A DNA stretch of 64,000 nt from a virus, in the IMG/VR virus record IMGVR_UViG_3300042542_003555, positions 64,001 through 128,000 of that record; one strand, written 5' to 3'. Positions 29,129-40,055 of this stretch are shown here, in pieces. The notes below the pieces were generated by a model. That model was not told the origin of the DNA. It saw only the letters and a program-made list of their open reading frames with translations, and made no database searches. The position numbers and the translations under genes are program-made. Within the stretch, counting starts at the first letter, position 1; every line of letters starts with the position of its first letter.

Positions 29129-30280
29129 TTAGAATGGAACTTCGCCAGTCTGTGGTGGCACAGATACTGGTTCTGGTTCATTCGCTTTTGCATCAATCTT
29201 GGTATACAAATCCAAGAATGACATTTTGGTTTCTGCATCAAAGCGGGCAACACACAATTCAATCGCTCTCATACGGTCACCAAAAATCGTATATGCCATA
29301 GCAATGTGAACAAGACGGCGAGTAGAAATAATTTCATCTACGGCATTCTCATCAAACGATTTACGAATAACATCTGCCCATTGCACAAGCAATTCAACAA
29401 ATTCTTTATCTTCAATAAGAGGAGTAAGAATCTTCTTCTCTGTTTTGATATCAGGATATTCCTGTTCAACAGTAATTGGGAAACGCTCAAGGAAGGCATC
29501 ATCAAGAATTTGTGACAGATACTTACCTTCATCAGAGCCACGACCTTTGGTGTTTGCAGTAGCAACCACATTGAAGCCATTTGCAGGATAAACCATTTCG
29601 CCATTCTTTTTATTGAAGTATGGCTTACCTTCTAGAATACCTTGAAGGCACATAAGTTTATTAGAACCACGGTCTACCTCATCAATCAATAAAACAGCAC
29701 CTCGTTTCATTGCAAGAATAACAGGACCGTCACGGTTAACCACATTACCATCAACAAGTGTAGGACCACCAAGCAGATCAGATTCATCCGTTTCAATAGA
29801 AATATTAACACGGATACATTCACGTTTAAGAGTAGCACACACTTGCTCAACCATCAAGGTCTTGCCGTTACCAGATAGACCAGTAACGAACACAGGATAG
29901 AATTTTTTTGAGCCAATGATTTTATTCAGGTCTTTGTAAAAACCAAACGGAACATAATCGGGAAAGATATCGGGAATTGATGGTTCTGATTCATCAATCA
30001 ATTTGGGTTGCTTGAAAGCCAGTACCTGAGCCGCTAGTTCAACGGTTTCGGTTTCTGCTACCTCAATGGGTGCGGGAGAGTTTACCTGAGGTTTTACCTC
30101 AGTCATAGGAAGTTTGTATTGACCACGACCTGCACGATAAGCAGGACGGGAAACAAACCAATAAGGATAGGAAAGACCTTTTTCATTTACTACCTTGTCA
30201 ATTTGGTCACGGTTGATAATTGCACCTGCACCAAACACCTCTGTGGCGGCTTCAACAAAAGCCATAGCATTACGATTCAT
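29129..30280 (-). CDS. MoxR/CobS-like AAA+ ATPase
   Basis: GLSGNGKT, ETDE.DLLGG, LLIDEVD, ATANTKGRG, AFLERF, ISTRRL. Confidence 0.92.
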   Translation of the reverse strand: MNRNAMAFVEAATEVFGAGAIINRDQIDKVVNEKGLSYPYWFVSRPAYRAGRGQYKLPMTEVKPQVNSPAPIEVAETETVELAAQVLAFKQPKLIDESEPSIPDIFPDYVPFGFYKDLNKIIGSKKFYPVFVTGLSGNGKTLMVEQVCATLKRECIRVNISIETDESDLLGGPTLVDGNVVNRDGPVILAMKRGAVLLIDEVDRGSNKLMCLQGILEGKPYFNKKNGEMVYPANGFNVVATANTKGRGSDEGKYLSQILDDAFLERFPITVEQEYPDIKTEKKILTPLIEDKEFVELLVQWADVIRKSFDENAVDEIISTRRLVHIAMAYTIFGDRMRAIELCVARFDAETKMSFLDLYTKIDAKANEPEPVSVPPQTGEVPF

Positions 30281-30552
30281 TTTCACCTCATCAAGTTTGT
30301 TCATAATAATTAAATCCATCAGGATAGCCAACACCCATGGCTTCCATGATTTTTATTACCTCATCAATCGACATACTCATATATAATGCAACCTGCCTAG
30401 GTGTCATACCATCTTCAATCAATTCCATGACACCAAGAACCTGATTTTTCATCTTACCCATTTGTTTACCTCAATGTTACCAACATCATTAATTATAATG
30501 GTTATCGGACGAATTGTCAACAAGTTTACCTGACTGTTGCAAAAAAGCAACA

Positions 30553-32187
30553 TCAGGCTCCTGTCCAACTTACATTCCCATAATTAAAGCACAGGACGTT
30601 ACCTCTGGCAAAGTTGGTAGCAGGTGCATTCCAACTGGCAGCCTTCAATATATCGCCTTTCTTAAATTTAGGACCATCTTCTTTTACGATAAAAGAATGA
30701 ACCGATGATCCCTGTATAACCTTGATATATTTGCTGCCTTCCTTGTACCGGAGTTTATTTGCAAACTCCTCGGTCATTTTTTCACGGACCTGACGGGAAA
30801 CCTCATCAAGTGCATCCTCGGGACGGCTCCAGGTTTTATAGTTTTCAAGGAGATAACGGAGATAGGAATTCATTTCATTTTGAAAATTCATATTCTTAAC
30901 CTCTTACAAAATTTTTAACAGTGGTAGAACGAATAATTTCCATTGTATTTTTGAAAACTTCCTCGCTTACATTTTCTGCAAGTGTATTCAATAGCATTTG
31001 ATTAATATACCCCAGGGTATAGGAATCAGACTTGTATTTTTCATAATTAACAGCCATGAAACTTTTGAGAACCGCTTCGGCTTCGGCACGACGGCGATTC
31101 ATTTTATATAACGATTTTGCCATTGTTTTCTCCTCATCAATCAATATGGATACATTATGGGGCATCCATGCCGAATTGTCAAGGGCTATTTTTGTTGCAT
31201 TTTTGATAACATGCCTGCTGGACCGTCTAGGACCTAGTGGCTATGCGGTCCAACGGGAGGCTAGGAAGGGCTATAGGAGGTTTTCTGATAGTGGTCCATA
31301 TGGAGATATAGACCAAAAAAAGAGCCTCCTATGCGGAGGCTCTGGAAATTATCAAAAAAACAATTGTTGGATTGTCAACCCCAGGTGCGGTGGCTTTCGG
31401 CAATATGCTCCATGCCATCATATTCTTTTATTACCCATGTAATATCATCGGGAATATCCACGATTTTCAATTCAGAATAATCACCATTGGCCGCTTTACC
31501 CATTTCCTTTACGGTCTGAATCAATGCGGGGTCATTCCTTTCCACATCATATAATGATAGGTACACCGAATTGATTTTTTTGTAGTCTCCTGTTTCCTCG
31601 GCTTCCTTTTCTAAGGCATCATATTCATCCTCAGGAACGGTTGAATATGACCAAAGGTGGTATTTGTCTTTGAAAGGATACACTTTGATGCCTTTCAATT
31701 CATAGTAACGCATCATGCCTTCATGCGATAGGTTGAAACCACCATAACAGGTATTGATTACTACTTTCATTTTTACTCCTATCCAAAAATAGCCTGATTC
31801 ATTTCATACACTTTTATTTCCTTGTCCGTGTATTCTACGGCATGCCACTCACCGTCAGGTGTCTGGGCACGGATAATATCAAAAGAATACACGGATCCCA
31901 TTTCAGTAAAAAAGCCTTCAACCTCTGCAAAGCGGGTTGTGGACTTTTTATTATCCATCATGGTTCCAAACCATCCATTACGGAGTTGGAAACGCATTCC
32001 TTTTTTAATTTCAGCGGTTTTCATTTTGTTCCTCCTCAATATAATCAATTTGCCAATCTGGCTCAAAGGTGGTATCCAATCCGCCTCCTAATTTTTCTGC
32101 CATTCGTTCCGCTTCCTCTTCCGATTCGGCTTCAACAACCACAGAATCATACACTTTAGCAGAAAAATATACTCGGTATTCTTTCAT
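30553..32187 (-). CDS. Small early hypothetical proteins (30553-30891, 30896-31123, 31375-31770, 31779-32024, 32011-32187)
   Basis: RBS-bearing ORFs; phage-typical motifs GDILKAASW.APA and KVVIN.CYGGF.LS. Confidence 0.7.
31315..31343 (-). terminator. Rho-independent terminator
   Basis: AGAGCCTCC/GGAGGCTCT stem followed by a T-run. Confidence 0.88.
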
Positions 32188-32198
32188 ATAATCTCCTA

Positions 32199-33041
32199 TT
32201 AGCCACAGATAGTATACTCGGCAAGTGATTTCCAATTGCCGTTGGGGTTTGCTTTGCGAATCTTGGTCACTTGGATCAAGGTACGCAGGCTCAATTCCTT
32301 GACATTATCACGCAGGGAATCGATAAGGTTAAGGGCATCACGCTTCATGGCACGTGGGTACTCAGGCATGAATTCATCAGAATCAAGGATGAATTGCATA
32401 CGCTCGATTTTTTGTTGCGAGGTCATCGATAGGTCAACGGCCATTGATCGGGTGATGATGGCTTGGTCAATCTGATTGGATGACAGGTTGCTGATAAAAA
32501 TCACACGGCCTTTAAACTCAAAGGTCGTAGGCAGGTCATCATCACGGAGGTCGGCTCTCCATGAAATGATACGGCGAGAATAGGAATCCAATGCACCTTT
32601 GAGCAGGTTAAGGGATACAGGGTCTTTGAGGACAGAATCACAATCGTCAAAAACAATCACGCCGTTACGGTTTTCATATAGTGTACGGTACAGACCTTTA
32701 GGGGTCGAATAACCTTTGATAACACGGTATGAATTTTTGCTCAAGGTCTCGCCGACTTCAAAATCTTCGGTCAATGAAACATCGGTCAGGCCAGACTGGC
32801 GCAAGGCTTGGGTTACAGTAAAGGACTTGCCAAGACCGCCAGGACCAGTGACAATGACGGAAGCCTGATCGCCAAGTGATAACATGGTAACCATGTCAGA
32901 TACAAAGCCGAATCGCTCATTAATGGAAAAACGTGATTCCACAACAGGAGCAGGCTCTGAATTAAACTTGGTGACGGTAACGGGACCATTTACTTGGTTT
33001 TTAGTGCGGCGAAAGCCGGCTTTTGGGACGCCTCTTGGCAT
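32199..33041 (-). CDS. P-loop NTPase (AAA-like) with basic N-terminus
   Basis: GPGGLGKS, IVFDDCD, LLKGALD, F.GRVIFISN. Confidence 0.85.
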   Translation of the reverse strand: MPRGVPKAGFRRTKNQVNGPVTVTKFNSEPAPVVESRFSINERFGFVSDMVTMLSLGDQASVIVTGPGGLGKSFTVTQALRQSGLTDVSLTEDFEVGETLSKNSYRVIKGYSTPKGLYRTLYENRNGVIVFDDCDSVLKDPVSLNLLKGALDSYSRRIISWRADLRDDDLPTTFEFKGRVIFISNLSSNQIDQAIITRSMAVDLSMTSQQKIERMQFILDSDEFMPEYPRAMKRDALNLIDSLRDNVKELSLRTLIQVTKIRKANPNGNWKSLAEYTICG

Positions 33042-33213
33042 AATAGCTCCTTATCAATAAACTACATTCATCACAATATGGATACAGTATAGGGCTATTG
33101 GTGCAAATTGTCAAGGGTTTTATCCTCTTATTCCTATTAAAAATAAGAGAACCGTTGCTATAAATGCAACAATTCCTGAAGATAGCAGAATAGCAAGGTC
33201 CTCTTTCATGTTA

Positions 33214-36001
33214 TCAGGCTGTAAACGGTACTCTGCCCGCCATTGCAGGTTCAAAGGCAAAGTATAGATTCAGGATGGCTAAGGCTAGACTAGTGCCCCA
33301 TACCTTCCATCCGTTGCCGATTCTATAATCAACCAAAGCCATCATAGCCATGCCAAGTCCGGCAATCATACAAAAAACATTCATTGCACCCATGTTATAC
33401 TCCATTCCTATATTTTTCAAGTTTATAGTTCCAAAATTCTAAGGTGCTGGCTAATTGCATACCCGCAGCCTCAACCCCAATAAGCTTACCCTGGGGTGAC
33501 GGATTATTCATTACCGCTTCCAATCGGTGTATTAGGTCAATGATAGAATTATTCATTTCAATTTCCAACTCGGTCATACAGTTTCCTCCTTCAATACTTC
33601 ATTCAGGTTTTTAAATTCATGACCATAGGCAGATACTAGCCATTCGCCCTGGTCGTACAGGTAAAAATACTCTGCTCCTGTAGGATCATAGTATTCCACA
33701 AAGGCATCAAAATTTTCAAAGGTTTTGTATTCGGTGCCTTTTTCACCACGGTCACGACCATAATAAGTGGTCATTTCCTTATAATTTTGTTTTTCTATTT
33801 CATCAAGGTTATAGGTATCGAATGGGTGTTTCACACCAATTTCAGGACCCAGGCTTGATATATCGCCTAGACTGATTAAGGCTTTGATTGTTTCGGGGTC
33901 GGTGTAGTTTTCTGCTAGAATAGCACCATTGTGGGAAGGATAGCCATCCCAATGACAATAGACTGCCATGATATCACCATTTTCCAATTTGATGCCGATA
34001 GCGGAACGAGTAGCCATTATTTTTTCTCCATAATAAATTTGATTATTTCCTTGGCGTCCTTCATTGAGGAAGTTTCCACTGCCGCTTCAATGTAGTCCCA
34101 ATAGGTTTCTTCGAGGTCATTCAGTAAATGATCCAATATTTGTCGTTTTCGGTTCATAGAATGTCCGAATTCAAAAGGTCAATCAGGTTGTCCCAAATTT
34201 TTTGTTTTTCAGAATCATTAGCGGTTGCCCATTGATTCCAAAATTCTGCCTGTGGACGGAAGCCAGTGGCATCCTTGTGGAGGTCAGATACCTCCAATTC
34301 CTTGAAGGTATATTGATTAGGCATTTTCACGGTCCATAACATAAGTAAAGATTACCCACTTGGCACGGTTCAATAATTGGCGCTGGGCTTCAATTGTATG
34401 AAAATCTGGTTGCTCATAAGCCATCATTTCCTGGGCATCGGATAACATGGATGCGGCTATCATTCCAGGACCAGATAATTTGAAGGTGATGCTAGATTCT
34501 ACACTTTCACGCAATTGGGCTTCGGTGCAGCCATACATGGAAATTTCCTGATTCATTTTAATCTCCTAATCTCACAGGTTCATATAATCGGAGCCACCGA
34601 AGGCGTACTCCATGCGGGTAACGTACAGGTATTCCTCGGCTTCGGCTTCAGAATAAAAACTTTTGAGTTTGGTGCCTACACGGCCAGTGGCAGTGGGTGC
34701 CCATTCAACCACGCACCACTCAGGCAGGCGGTCGTCATCGCCATCATAAAAATCCACAGAGAATCGTTCCATTACAGTCTCCTTATCAATCAATATGGAT
34801 ACAGTATAGGGCACCTATGCCGAATTGTCAAGGGTTATTCAATTCCCATAGCCAATCTTCCAGATTGTCATATTGATAATCTGCCCATTCCCAAAAAGGT
34901 CTTAATAATAGCAGAGGCAATAGCATTGTCAATCTGACAACCCAGGTTAGTACCCACTTACACACTTTCACAATTGATAATATTAGCATTTGGAAAATAT
35001 TGTCTAAAAAACAATTCCGCATTAGTTTCATTATTGACACCATTCACCGTGACCTCATAAGGGGTCTCTAGGTCGTGGACCGTATAGGTGATGGTATACT
35101 TGCCTCGGCCTTCGGAGCCTCCTGTAGCCTTGATTTTAGGCTCCTTGGGCTTGTTTTTACTGCCCTTGGGTCTACCCATGCTATACTCCTAGGCTGGTAG
35201 GCAGGTCTGCCACGGTAAAGCGGCTAGCATACAGGTTCAGCCGTTGCCAGGCCCATAGGTCTGTTATCTTATTGAAAACAGGACCAAACAGGTAGCCTGA
35301 GGTTTCAATGCAGGTCTGCCAGCCGCCTGCTACATTCTTACATGTAATTTTCATTTTTTCTCCTTGAATACTTTTTTCACTTCGGCAATGGATACTTGCA
35401 ATTCCATCGATATAAAATCCAGGGTATCGAATTCCTTGCCTTTAGGATCGCCTACTTGTTTGGCTAATTCCAAAACTTTTGTTTTAAAGGTTTTCATTTA
35501 AAACTCCTCGCCATAATATCCATAATCCTCATCGGTGCCGTAGCCAGCTGAGGCCATAGCGGAATCAAAATCGCCGTCCATAGATTCATCATAAGCCTCG
35601 GCCATTTGATCCATCATTTCCTCAAAAATCAATTCTACGTCCCAAATGGACATGTTAAACTTTTCGGCAATTTGCGCCCAGGTCAGGTCACCAGCGGAAA
35701 TTTCATCTTGCACTTTTGATACGATATTCATTTGATATCTCCTTTGTTCACGTTATGGATACAGTATAGGGTAAGTGGTGCGAATTGTCAAGGGTTATTC
35801 CTCATCCTCATCCTGTGATTCTATAATACCTCGTTCTAGCATTTCCGACAACAATTCGGCGTCGGACAGGTCACGCCATCCCTTGACACCAAATTCTAGT
35901 ATATTTGACAAGTATTCAAAATCACGGTTGGCAATACATTCCGTTACGGTATTGATATCATCGGCCAGCAGGTCCTGAATGGCTTTTTCACGGTTAAACA
36001 T
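33214..36001 (-). CDS. Small early hypothetical proteins (33574-34017 with YCHWDGYP; 34958-35179 with AT-hook-like GRPKGSKNK; acidic 34572-34772, 35498-35731, 35795-36001; others)
   Basis: Short ORFs with RBSs directly behind the repeated promoters. Confidence 0.7.
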
Positions 36002-36029
36002 AATTTACCTTTCTTTGGTTAGTGGCCAC

Positions 36030-36779
36030 TTAGGCAGCCATCATCATAACAGTAGGATACTTGACAAAGCCGCTGGTATCTTTTTTTGCTTTGCCTTTTG
36101 CATACAGGCCAACAATAACACCTTTAGGATCAAGGAATCGCAGGTCGGAATCGTCACCATTGAATACAGGACGGCCATTGTAGAATTCAGGCATAGGCAT
36201 TGTTTTCTTGATACCAAACACCGTTGCTACATTGTAACCTTGCTCAATGGCTTTGGCCACGTCGGAATCGTTACCATCAGCGGCAGAGAATGTCAAGTGG
36301 TAGTTAGGAATATGCTTGATTTTACGACCTAGAATCTTGGTGTAATCATAGAATTGTACCTCAGGGAATGCAAAGAAAATATTGTCATATTGCACACCGT
36401 TACGGATAACAGAGTATTTTTCAAAGGCAAGGTCAGAGGTGCCGTTCAGGCGGAATACAGGAATCAGATTAAGCCTTGCGGATTGTTTAATTGCTTTTTC
36501 AATATCAGCAACCAGCCACTCCATGAAACCTGCTCGTTCCTCAAAGAAAAATTGGGTCTTGCGGATTCTTGCTTTTTGGATAACGTTAGTGGTCTCGCCT
36601 TTTTTAAACATGCCGCCACGTCCTGCGGTATTGAGGCAGGCTTCCGCACAACCAGGAGTGGCTTTAGGGCAGGTCTGATAGCCGCTGAGGTTAGCAGGTG
36701 CGAGGTGCAGGATATAGGTGTTATAGCCTTGCTTAGTGCCTTTGAGAATCTTAGGATTACCTGTGGATAGCAATTTCAT
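36030..36779 (-). CDS. Phage gp88-like protein
   Basis: CP.A..GC...CL..AGRG, RLNGTSD, FYDYTK, NYHLTFS, GD.SDLRF.D, GL.AKG.A. Confidence 0.75.
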   Translation of the reverse strand: MKLLSTGNPKILKGTKQGYNTYILHLAPANLSGYQTCPKATPGCAEACLNTAGRGGMFKKGETTNVIQKARIRKTQFFFEERAGFMEWLVADIEKAIKQSARLNLIPVFRLNGTSDLAFEKYSVIRNGVQYDNIFFAFPEVQFYDYTKILGRKIKHIPNYHLTFSAADGNDSDVAKAIEQGYNVATVFGIKKTMPMPEFYNGRPVFNGDDSDLRFLDPKGVIVGLYAKGKAKKDTSGFVKYPTVMMMAA

Positions 36780-37715
36780 AATTTTTCCTTTTTCTTATAA
36801 TCAATCAATATGGATACAGTATAGTGGCATCCATGCCAATTGTCAATAGGCCAGCAAGGAATATTTCAATCCCCAAAGGTGTATGATAATTGATAACCTT
36901 CTGCCTCATACTGATCCCCAATGGAGATTAGCATTTCCGTAATAACCGCATCGGTAGCGGAAGGATGCTTTTCTTGCAACACCGCTGTGGAGGTTATCAT
37001 AAAATCACCATTATCCTTACGGGCACACAAATTAATAAAAAACATATAATTCCTCTCAATTAACCTATTGATAAAATTTCAGATTGTTTCAAAATAACAC
37101 TATTCCTTACACCGCTATAGACTGTTATCGGTTTGATAAGGTCCACATAATAGATTAATTCATTCCTACGCATACGGTATTCACGGATTGTACCTTTGAC
37201 AAGATATTCATTTAGATAATTTCCAGTAATTGTCATTCCGTTAAGGTTCATATAATCTCCGTTCAATCAATCAATGGATACAGTATAGAGGAAAGTGGCT
37301 GAATTGTCAATAGTCTATAGTGGATCCGCAGAAAATACTGTTATCCAAAAGATAACCGCAGAATATATCAGAGGAATACTATGACCCAGTGGTTCCTGAT
37401 AGATTTTGGCTATTGGTGCGCTTAGTAGGTCGCTGGTGCCTCTGGGTATTGGGTCTTTATGCGAGCCACCGAGTAATCCTTTCAGATTGGACAGGCTGAG
37501 AGGGTCGGAGAGAGGTTATTTAAGGGTCTCTGATCCATCCATAGTAGCCTGAAAATACCCTCGGAGAACCCTTAAGGGCACGGAGGTTGTTATACGGACA
37601 ATCAATTGCAATAATGATAACATCTAGTGCAGGAGTGGATTAGGATACCAGATTTTGCTGCATCTCCAATAGTGTAATATTACAGTGGACTGGCTGAATT
37701 GTCAAGGCTTATACC

Positions 37716-37747
37716 AAAAAAATCCTCTAGTTTTTATACTAGAGGAT
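37716..37747 (-). terminator. Rho-independent terminator after the Lys/Ala-rich gene
   Basis: ATCCTCTAGT/ACTAGAGGAT stem followed by a T-run. Confidence 0.75.
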
Positions 37748-37765
37748 CTTATCATATTACTAAGC

Positions 37766-38065
37766 TTAGGCTGTTGCAAACTTAGTAACGGTTACAGGGC
37801 TAGGCTTTTTGGCTGCCTTTTTTGCTTTGATGCCCACTTTGGGGGTTTCGAGGGCTAGGAGTTTCGCTTTGAGTTTTTCAATACGGGCAGCCTTTTTGGC
37901 TTCACGGTCTTGGGCTTTGAGTGCCTTCAGCATGGCTTTAGTGGCCTTCTGGGTTGCACGGAATTCCTTGTCGTCCTCTCGGGCAGCCTTGTACTGGGCA
38001 CGGAGGGACTTGAGGTTAGCGGCAGCGGAGGCAATATCAGCCTTCAGGAGTTGGAGCTTGGTCAT
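37766..38065 (-). CDS. Lys/Ala-rich basic protein (histone H1-like composition)
   Basis: 99 aa dominated by K and A; own promoter and terminator. Confidence 0.7.
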   Translation of the reverse strand: MTKLQLLKADIASAAANLKSLRAQYKAAREDDKEFRATQKATKAMLKALKAQDREAKKAARIEKLKAKLLALETPKVGIKAKKAAKKPSPVTVTKFATA

Positions 38066-38146
38066 GGTGTTTCCTTTCGTTTTTAATCAGTATGGATACA
38101 GTATAGGGTACCTGGTGCGAATTGTCAAGGGTTTACCTCAGGACTA

Positions 38147-38341
38147 TTAGCAGTCCTCTACCTCAAAATCATCCATGAGGCTGTCGATATAGTCATTCAG
38201 ATAACAATTGTAGGCGATCGGATCGCATTCCTTGAGGATGGTCGAGCGGTTGAATTGTATACCTGCTACCTCGACGGTACCTTCACAATCCAAGGCATCC
38301 TCGAACATCTCCACAGCGGTGGCGTAGGATATTGATTCCAT
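38147..38341 (-). CDS. Small acidic early protein
   Basis: LKECDPIAY motif; own promoter and AGGAG RBS. Confidence 0.7.
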   Translation of the reverse strand: MESISYATAVEMFEDALDCEGTVEVAGIQFNRSTILKECDPIAYNCYLNDYIDSLMDDFEVEDC

Positions 38342-38806
38342 TATTTTCTCCTTTAATTAATCACTATGGATACAGTATAGCGGCATTCCTGCCAATTGTC
38401 AAGGGTTATTTGGTCTTGCGGTCTTGATAAGCATCCCAGATAAGATAAGGACCTACAAGGACTGTCAGTATTGCAAAGATGATATCGATGGTTTCCATGA
38501 TGTTTATTTGATAAGGTTGATGATTGTCAGGATTGTATCTTGTCCGTTTTGCAACAGAACGCTTGCAATTGCGATAACAGTAGCAGAAAAGTAAGCGCCG
38601 ACAAGGAGGCTTGCTGCAATAATAATACTTTGCATTTATATAACTCTCATTTATTGTTTCAGTCTGTACAGTATAGCGGCGAGGGGTCTAATTGTCAAGG
38701 GTTAATGCGACAGGTTTTGTCGTTTTACCTACCTCGACCTGTTGACAATTTACCTCACTTGCCCCATAATGTATACATTGATTAAACAAAACGAAGGAGA
38801 AAAAAA

Positions 38807-39046
38807 ATGAATTATTCTTTTAACATCAAATCCACGTACACTGGCATGATGTCCGACCACTATGAGGTTTGTTCTTTTGACAACAAATTGATGGGCACTA
38901 TTTGCCGTAGTGATGTGGAGACTGATGACATTTTCACATATGATGCATTTTTTGCAATGCTCCCTGGGGATGATGATTGGCATGATACTGAATTTGCAAC
39001 ATTCGGCGAGGCTCTTGATTTTTTGATAAGAGAATTCAAATCGTAG
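38807..39046 (+). CDS. Small acidic early protein, divergently transcribed
   Basis: Promoter 38742-38770, AAGGAG RBS, terminator follows. Confidence 0.8.
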   Translation: MNYSFNIKSTYTGMMSDHYEVCSFDNKLMGTICRSDVETDDIFTYDAFFAMLPGDDDWHDTEFATFGEALDFLIREFKS

Positions 39047-39055
39047 TATTTTGAC

Positions 39056-39076
39056 AAGTCCTTCGGGACTTTTTTT
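39056..39076 (+). terminator. Terminator with UUCG tetraloop
   Basis: AAGTCC-TTCG-GGACTT followed by a T-run. Confidence 0.9.
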
Positions 39077-39219
39077 GTGCCCTGGGTGTTGTCAAAAGGA
39101 TAAGGCTTTGGGAGGGCTTAGTGAAATTAAAAAAAATGCAATATTCTCAAACCCCTAGACCCGTAACTGGAAATCTGGAAGTGGAACCCACAGAAACCAA
39201 AATTTTTTCCGGAGCGGAA

Positions 39220-40053
39220 TCAGAGGATTTTCGAGGTTTTCTTATAGCTCTTTCCTTTTTTACTTGTGCTGTAACCAGTTTTACCTTTATTCCATGGTAC
39301 CCAACCACTCTCAAGTTTTTTCTTCATGGCAGCTTTCATATTCTCTTTAGCTTCTTCAGACATTTTTTTACCTTTATGAGCCTCAGAAATTTTCTTTTTT
39401 GTTTCTTCTGTTGGATTCAGAGTACCATTTTTTCTTTTAGTCTCAGTAATTTTAGCACGACTTTCGGGAGACAGAGTATTGTTTCTTGTTTCAATTCCTT
39501 TCAGATATTTCTCACGAACTTCTGGTCTCCACATGGCTTCTTTGGTTTTCTTTGAGATATACTCTTTGTCCATGTTTTCGACCATCTTTTTTCTACTCTG
39601 ACGATATATCTGTTGATACTCTGAATCTTGATGTTTCTTCAGCATGATTTGACGGATTCGTTCCTTAGTCTCGTCTGTCATATTCTTACTGGGATTACCA
39701 TCAGACTTCCACAGTTCACTCAGATGTACCATGAGTTCTTTTCTCAGTTTCTCGTAGGTTTTAGAGTTTATCTTATAGTCTCTGTTGGAAGGTGTCTGTG
39801 TGAACTTATTAGCCATAGCATTATAGGCATGAAGCATCTGTATGTGTTTCTTTTTGGATAGATGCATCTTGGCTAGGAGGGCGTGAGCCATGTAATGTTC
39901 ACGGGCGGTTAAAACAACAAGATTATCAGAATCATCTGACCCACCAAAGCACTTAGGAATAACATGATGAGTCTCTGTGTATCCAGATAGAGATTCTCTT
40001 TGTCTAGATTTCTCCATAAGAGAATCGTACCAGTTCTTATATTTGTCACTCAT
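39220..40053 (-). mobile_element. HNH homing endonuclease with NUMOD3-like repeats
   Basis: E.HHVIPKC.GGSD...NLV.LTAREH..AH.LL; EETKKKISEAHKGKK; PWNKG. Confidence 0.88.
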
Positions 40054-40055
40054 AA

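Larger units (their letters stand above)
27354..38770. repeat. Dispersed early-promoter repeats (13 on minus, 1 on plus)
   Basis: TTGACA-17 bp-(TATACT/TATAAT/variant) at 27354, 29097, 30492, 31154, 33086, 34803, 35763, 36818, 37282, 37677, 38100, 38374, 38670 (minus) and 38742 (plus). Confidence 0.92.

Noticed and set aside
29129-30280. Cobalamin biosynthesis (cobS/cobT)
   Set aside because: No cobN or other cob genes; the phage family is better described as a MoxR AAA/VWA pair.
31217-31312. GGACCG/CGGTCC inverted repeat in the gap between terminator and promoter as an ncRNA
   Set aside because: Only one short stem and no promoter feeding it; too weak to call.
31141-38700. Recurring TATGGATACAGTATAG...AATTGTCAAGGG as a CRISPR array
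   Set aside because: Copies are hundreds to thousands of bp apart with genes between them, and read as -35/-10 promoters on the minus strand.
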